DNA of 32,000 bases from Zymomonas mobilis subsp. mobilis ATCC 10988. GTDB taxonomy: Bacteria; Pseudomonadota; Alphaproteobacteria; Sphingomonadales; Sphingomonadaceae. The notes beneath the pieces were generated by a model. It was not told the origin of the DNA. It worked only from the letters and a program-made list of their open reading frames with translations, and did no database searches. The stretch is from positions 1,440,001-1,472,000 of the forward strand of contig NC_017262.1 in assembly GCF_000175255.2 (NCBI RefSeq), in the 5' to 3' direction. The translations under genes were made by a program, and so were the position numbers. Positions 26,878-32,000 of the stretch are shown here, in pieces; position 1 is the stretch's first letter; each line of letters starts with the position of its first letter.

Positions 26878-27333
26878 CGCGCGTTCTATCTTTGGATTCT
26901 TTAGTGGCTATACCCTGACAAGGGATAGCCTATTTTTTTATGGGTAAAGTGAGCCCTTAGTATTTTTTCAGAGTTGATCTAGTAGATATAGCAATCTTCG
27001 GTAAAGAGAATCCTTCGATATAAGAATAGGAGAAGGCTTGATGAATATTCTGCCTTTTTACGATGCTTTGATCCCTGTAGCTCGCTTTCTGTAAAGATTT
27101 TTGTTAATTATCTTATTAAAAAGCTTGTGCTAAATATGTCTTGATATTGCTGGTATAGCCTAGCTGAAGAAATTAGCTGTTTTCTGAGATGAAAATATAA
27201 AGAAATCTAGGTTTTAGTTATTTTTTATTAAATTAGTTTATTTTAGGTAATTTGAATTTTACTGTATTATTGTTTAATAGCAATCACACGAAATAATTAA
27301 AATTCTAAGAAGAAACCCAAATTTGGGCCATAA

Positions 27334-27363
27334 ACAGCCTGAATATACAGGGCTGTTCTTTTA
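27334..27363 (+). terminator. Candidate rho-independent terminator
   Basis: AACAGCC-TGAATATACAG-GGCTGTT followed by CTTTT, in a roughly 560-bp non-coding interval. Confidence 0.5.
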
Positions 27364-27438
27364 AGCGCGTTGGCTAAAAGCTATCTACGGCTTGCGCTTA
27401 ATATATCTGTTTTTAAAAGAAGAATATTTGAGATTAGC

Positions 27439-27515
27439 TGGTCGGGGCGACTGGATTCGAACCAGCGACCCCCACACCCCCAGTGTGATGCGCTACCAGG
27501 CTGCGCTACGCCCCG
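27439..27515 (-). tRNA. tRNA-Pro (anticodon GGG)
   Basis: Minus strand folds as a cloverleaf: acceptor CGGGGCG/CGCCCCG, D-arm GCGC...GCGC, anticodon arm TCACA-CTGGGGG-TGTGG, T-arm CTGGTTCGAATCCAG, encoded CCA. Confidence 0.95.
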
Positions 27516-27756
27516 ACCGAGGTGGCAAAATCTAGGGGAATTATTTGATAGACGCAAGTAAAGATTGCATGTTTTTATAAATTTTTTCTCGCTGCCTTAA
27601 AACAACTCCATCATATCTGGATGATATCCGAGGATAAAAGAGAATGATCGGTTGCGGCCATCGCTTTTATCGTGATAATTATAAAATAATCGCCTGAGGT
27701 TTATCTAATGCTATAAACTAAGGCTTTTCTTTCCCTTTTCAGGATATAGTTTTTCG

Positions 27757-28104
27757 ATGTTTTCAACTCCTGCCTTTGCCCAGACAGCGGGCAATTCTGC
27801 TGGCTTGAATGGTTTTTCTGGTCAGTTGCTTTCTATGTTGCCTTTCCTCGTTGTTTTTCTGATCATTTATCTCATGTTGATCCGGCCGCAGCAGAAGCGC
27901 TTTAAGGATCAGCGGCGTGCTATTGATGCTGTTCAGAAAGGCGATACGGTTATCACCGCCGGTGGTATCATTGGTAAAGTTTTAAAAGTAAGCGATCGCG
28001 AAGTAGAAATTGAAATTTCAAAGGGTATTAAAATATCCGTTGTTAAAGCGACCTTACAAAGTGTTCAGCCACTGACGGCTGCCAATTCCAATACGGTTGA
28101 ATAA
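27757..28104 (+). CDS. yajC: Preprotein translocase subunit YajC
   Basis: FLIIYLMLIRPQQKRFKDQRRAIDAVQKGDTVITAGGIIGKV. Confidence 0.96.
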   Translation: MFSTPAFAQTAGNSAGLNGFSGQLLSMLPFLVVFLIIYLMLIRPQQKRFKDQRRAIDAVQKGDTVITAGGIIGKVLKVSDREVEIEISKGIKISVVKATLQSVQPLTAANSNTVE

Positions 28105-28110
28105 TCTGTT

Positions 28111-29694
28111 ATGCTTGACTTCCCGCGTTGGAAAATCTGGTCGATTATTTTAGTGCTGGTGCTGGGGGTCTTTTTGGCTATCCCCAGCCTATTGCCTTCA
28201 AATCTTGACCAGAAATTCGGCTTAGGGGCTTTGCCCCGTATTAATTTCGGTCTCGATCTTTCTGGGGGAAGCCATATTCTACTTGAAGCGGATACGGCAG
28301 ATGTTGCTCATCAACGTATCGTTACCATGGAAGAAATGGTTCGTTCCCAGATCAGCCGAGCACAACCGGCTATTACTATTGGCGATATGTCTGCCGATAA
28401 TGATCAGCTTAGCTTTATGGTACGCGATAACCACCAGTTGGATAGCGCCGTTGAAGCGGTCAGAACCTTAACGAATGGTATCGGTGCCACAGGACAGCGT
28501 GATTGGGATGTTCGGGTCGTTGACGGCAATCGTATTGTGATGCGTCCAACCAAGGCTGGTATCCAATCTTTTGTCAATCAGGCGATGGAAGGCGCAACCG
28601 AAGTCGTTCGCAAGCGCATCGATTCCTTGGGAACAAGAGAACCCATTATTATCCGCCAAGGAAGTGATCGTATCGTTGTTCAGGTTCCTGGTTTGCAAAA
28701 CCCATCAGCCTTAAAGGCCTTGATTGGTAAAACAGCCAAACTTGAATTCAAATTGGTGGATGACAGCGTCAAATCAGCCGATCTGGCTCAAGGAAAAGTG
28801 CCGATTGGGACGCAAGTGATGATTGCGCAATCTGGCCAGCCTGTCGCTGTTCAACGTCGCGCTATTGTAACGGGTGTTGATCTTGTTCATGCCGATCAGA
28901 CGATGGATCAGAATAGCCTACCGGCTGTATCGATCAGCTTTAATGCTGACGGTGGCCGCCGTTTCGCGGAAGTGACCCAGAAAAATCCAGGTAAACGCTT
29001 TGCCATTATTTTGGATAACGTCATCCTTTCTGCTCCGTCGATTAATGAGCCTATTTTAGGTGGTTCTGCCATTATCACTGGTAGTTTTACTATTGATTCA
29101 GCTAATCAGATGGCTATCGCGCTTCGCTCCGGTAGCTTGCCGGTTGCTTTGAAGGTAGTTGAAGAAAGAACAGTAGGTCCTGGTTTGGGGGCGGATTCTA
29201 TTCGTGCCGGAACTTTGGCGTGCAGTATCGCTATTGTAGCGATCGTCATTTTTATGATCAGTGTTTATGGCCGTTTTGGTATCTATGCTTCCAGTGCGGT
29301 TATCCTTAACCTGTTCTTAATATTGGCGGTTATGGCTGTTCTTGGTGCTACTCTGACACTGCCTGGTATTGCTGGTCTTGTGTTGACCATTGGTGCAGCG
29401 GTTGATGCCAACGTGCTTATCAATGAACGCATCCGTGAAGAAATTGGCCGTGGGCGCACCCCCGTTCATGCGGTTGATATGGGCTATAAAGAAGCGAGCC
29501 GGACGATTTTTGATGCCAATGTGACTCATGCTATTTCGGCGTTGATTATGATCTGTTTCGGTTCGGGGCCTGTTAAGGGCTTTGCCGTAGTTCTGTTAAT
29601 CGGGATTATTACCTCGGTTTTCACTGCCGTTACCTTTACCCGTATGTTGGTGGCTCTCTATCTGAGACGTCGTCCGGCTAAACTGACGATCTAG
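28111..29694 (+). CDS. secD: Protein translocase subunit SecD
   Basis: FGLDLSGGSHILLEAD, GTREPIIIRQGSDRIVVQVPG, LTIGAAVDANVLINERIREE. Confidence 0.97.
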   Translation: MLDFPRWKIWSIILVLVLGVFLAIPSLLPSNLDQKFGLGALPRINFGLDLSGGSHILLEADTADVAHQRIVTMEEMVRSQISRAQPAITIGDMSADNDQLSFMVRDNHQLDSAVEAVRTLTNGIGATGQRDWDVRVVDGNRIVMRPTKAGIQSFVNQAMEGATEVVRKRIDSLGTREPIIIRQGSDRIVVQVPGLQNPSALKALIGKTAKLEFKLVDDSVKSADLAQGKVPIGTQVMIAQSGQPVAVQRRAIVTGVDLVHADQTMDQNSLPAVSISFNADGGRRFAEVTQKNPGKRFAIILDNVILSAPSINEPILGGSAIITGSFTIDSANQMAIALRSGSLPVALKVVEERTVGPGLGADSIRAGTLACSIAIVAIVIFMISVYGRFGIYASSAVILNLFLILAVMAVLGATLTLPGIAGLVLTIGAAVDANVLINERIREEIGRGRTPVHAVDMGYKEASRTIFDANVTHAISALIMICFGSGPVKGFAVVLLIGIITSVFTAVTFTRMLVALYLRRRPAKLTI

Positions 29695-29710
29695 GAAGGG
29701 GCATATCACT

Positions 29711-30628
29711 ATGGCATTGCTTCGTATTGTCCCGGATAACACGAATATCCGTTTTGTCCGCTTACGAGGGATAGCATTTTTGCTTACCTTCATCCTGACC
29801 TTGGCTTCTGTAGCCTTGTTGGGTGTAAAAGGACTCAATCTTGGTGTTGATTTCGTCGGCGGCTTGATGATTGAAGCCCATTTTGAAAAACCGGTTGAAC
29901 TCGATACTTTGCGGCGGGATATTAACCGTCTGAATATCGGTGAGGCCAGTCTTCAGCAAATAGGCACCAATAACAATGTGTCGATCCGGTTGCCATTGCC
30001 GCCCGGCGATGAATCAGCCTCCCAAAAAGTGGTCAAGATTGTTCAGACTTCTTTATCACAGCAATTTCCTAATGTGCATTTCGAGCGTGTTGATACCGTT
30101 TCCGGTAAGGTCTCTGGTGAGTTAATGCGCAGTGGGATTATTGCTGTTTTACTCGCTATTGCTGGTATCGTAATTTTTACATGGTTACGCTTTGAGTGGC
30201 AGTTTGCCGTCTCAACTTTTGTGTCGGTTGCCCATGATGTGTTGGTCATTCTTGGCTTTTTTGCCTTAACACGTATGGAATTTGACCTGAACATTGTAGC
30301 AGCTATTTTGACGATTGCCGGTTATTCCATTAACGATAAAATCGTTATTGATGACCGTATTCGTGAGAATTTAAGAAAATTCCGCAAGATGGATTTAGGT
30401 TCATTGATTGATCTTTCTGTCAATGAAACCTTACCCCGAACGGTTATGACCAGTTTTTCCATGATTTTGGTTCTGGGCATTTTACTTATTTTTGGAGGCG
30501 ATGCCGTTCGTAGCTTCACAGCAGCTATGCTACTTGGAGTTATCGTCGGCACATATTCTTCTATCTATGTCTCGTCCTCTTTGCTGATTTTCCTAAATTT
30601 ACGACCAAAGACAGCAAAATCGGAATAA
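29711..30628 (+). CDS. secF: Protein translocase subunit SecF
   Basis: NLGVDFVGGLMIEAHF, ILTIAGYSINDKIVIDDRIREN, TSFSMILVLGILLIFGG. Confidence 0.97.
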   Translation: MALLRIVPDNTNIRFVRLRGIAFLLTFILTLASVALLGVKGLNLGVDFVGGLMIEAHFEKPVELDTLRRDINRLNIGEASLQQIGTNNNVSIRLPLPPGDESASQKVVKIVQTSLSQQFPNVHFERVDTVSGKVSGELMRSGIIAVLLAIAGIVIFTWLRFEWQFAVSTFVSVAHDVLVILGFFALTRMEFDLNIVAAILTIAGYSINDKIVIDDRIRENLRKFRKMDLGSLIDLSVNETLPRTVMTSFSMILVLGILLIFGGDAVRSFTAAMLLGVIVGTYSSIYVSSSLLIFLNLRPKTAKSE

Positions 30629-30654
30629 AAACAGATTTCGATCCCAATAAAAAA

Positions 30655-30683
30655 AGGCTCCGAAAACTATTCGGAGCCTTTTT
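30655..30683. terminator. Bidirectional rho-independent terminator between secF and the kinase gene
   Basis: AAAAAA-GGCTCCGAA-AACTA-TTCGGAGCC-TTTTTT: 9-bp perfect stem with A-tract and T-tract, between convergent genes. Confidence 0.92.
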
Positions 30684-30748
30684 TGTTACTTTGATCAGGT
30701 TGCCTCTTTATCCTTATATCGAACAGATAAAGAGAATTTTCCCCTGCC

Positions 30749-31756
30749 CTAATTCAGACTAATGTTCAATGCAGATTCAATCATTGTTTTAATATCATTT
30801 TCAGGCCGTGCTCCATAATGGGAGATAATTTCTGCTGCTGCAATGGCACCCATTTCAAGGCTGGCCGCAATAGAAAGATTTCTGGCCTGACCGGCAAGAA
30901 AACCAGCTGCAAAAAGATCGCCTGCACCTGTCGTGTCGACGACTTGATCGATCTTCTTGGCGGATACTTCTGTCCGTTCCATATCTTGGACAGCAATAGC
31001 ACCATCTGGGCCTTTGGTAACCACCAACAAAGGCAGTTTTGCTGCGACTTCTTCAATGCCCCGATCTAGATCATCATGTTGCACCAATGATCTTAATTCG
31101 CCTTCATTCGCGAAGAGTATATCAATCAGACCGTTATTGATCAGCTCTTTGAAGTCCTCACGATGGCGCTCTATGCAGAATGTATCGGAAAGCGTTAAAG
31201 CTACTTTCTTGCCTGCTTTTCTTGCAATTTGGATCGCTTCTTTCATCGCTGAGCGTGGTACTTCAGGATCCCAAAGGTAGCCTTCGAGATACAGAATTTC
31301 TGCATTCTCGATCACTTCTGGCTTGATGGCAGTTTGATGTAAAGTCTGGGCAACCCCTAAAAAGGTATTCATACTCCGTTCGCCATCAGGCGAAACCAGA
31401 ATAAGGCATCGCCCTGTTGGAATAGTTGCTTCCTGAACGGGGACATCAAAATGAATATTCTGAGCGCGAATATCTTGTTGAAAAACCTGACCAAGCGGAT
31501 CATTGGCGACTTGTCCAATAAAGGCACAACGTCCACCCAAGGCAGCTACACCAACAAGGGTATTCGCTGCTGAACCACCGCTAATTTCATGGCTGGGATT
31601 CATTTCCTGATAAAGGGTTTCAGCTGAATCGGCATCAATCAGCTGCATCGATCCTTTCGTAATATTTTTTTCGGATAAGAACTGATCGTCCGTGGCTGCC
31701 AAAACATCGACAATGGCGTTTCCGATAGCAACAATATCATAGCGGTTATGCGGCAT
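30749..31756 (-). CDS. PfkB-family sugar kinase, adenosine kinase-like
   Basis: YDIVAIGNAIVDVLA, GGSAANTLVGVAALGG, VVTKGPDGAIAV, VVDTTGAGDLFAAGFL. Confidence 0.88.
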   Translation of the reverse strand: MPHNRYDIVAIGNAIVDVLAATDDQFLSEKNITKGSMQLIDADSAETLYQEMNPSHEISGGSAANTLVGVAALGGRCAFIGQVANDPLGQVFQQDIRAQNIHFDVPVQEATIPTGRCLILVSPDGERSMNTFLGVAQTLHQTAIKPEVIENAEILYLEGYLWDPEVPRSAMKEAIQIARKAGKKVALTLSDTFCIERHREDFKELINNGLIDILFANEGELRSLVQHDDLDRGIEEVAAKLPLLVVTKGPDGAIAVQDMERTEVSAKKIDQVVDTTGAGDLFAAGFLAGQARNLSIAASLEMGAIAAAEIISHYGARPENDIKTMIESALNISLN

Positions 31757-32000
31757 AGCGGCCTTTCCTGAATAAATATGCCTAATTTAAAATTTCAGAT
31801 GCCATAACGGCGTTAGAAAAGCGAGCAAACAGCAGAAAAGGGTTTTATTCATATCTCTCAAGAGACAAAATTCTGTCATTGCGGTCAAAGGAGGCAGATA
31901 TCGGCTTATCGGTAAAGAAAGCCGATGGACAGGATATCCTTTTCTGGAAAATAAGAAGCCTTGATAAATATGCCTTATTCTCTTTAGGCGAATCTCTTTA

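Noticed and set aside
27370-27561. 63-aa + strand ORF containing SGRLDSNQRPPHP
   Set aside because: It is the antisense read of the tRNA-Pro(GGG) gene, a familiar spurious annotation.
28283-30552. Several short ORFs antisense to secD/secF
   Set aside because: Shadow ORFs of strongly conserved coding sequence.
1-32000. CRISPR, toxin-antitoxin, retron, secondary-metabolite or defence system
   Set aside because: I looked for regularly spaced repeats, reverse transcriptase, nuclease/ATPase pairs and TA-like small gene pairs and saw none. Nearly all ORFs have clear housekeeping identities.

Overview
The window looks like an ordinary chromosomal housekeeping segment from an alphaproteobacterium. 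Zymomonas mobilis is my guess from remembered gene content; it was not checked. In order it contains: priA; a secreted Gly/His-rich protein; a thioredoxin-fold protein; a biotin locus (bioA divergent from bioF, an esterase-like gene and a fused bioC-bioD); xerC; gshB; ychF; pth; rplY; a YceD/DUF177 gene; bamE; mutS; infC; gpsA; tsaD; hemC; hemD; a mitofilin/HemX-like gene; rpmF (absent from the ORF track); plsX; fabH; tRNA-Pro(GGG); yajC; secD; secF; and a PfkB-family kinase. Two 845-bp copies of one IS5-family element lie in direct orientation around the biotin/xerC/gshB block; I found one nucleotide difference between them. I found no defence system, CRISPR array or clearly new multigene system. 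The best second-look items are (1) a terminator-like hairpin with an overlapping 16-codon leader ORF and a sequestered SD just upstream of rplY, (2) the BioC-BioD fusion with an atypical small esterase in a coupled operon, (3) a near-consensus BioR-like box between bioA and bioF, (4) a probable ATA start for infC, (5) IS insertion exactly at the abutting stop codons of two convergent genes, and (6) the direct-repeat IS pair.
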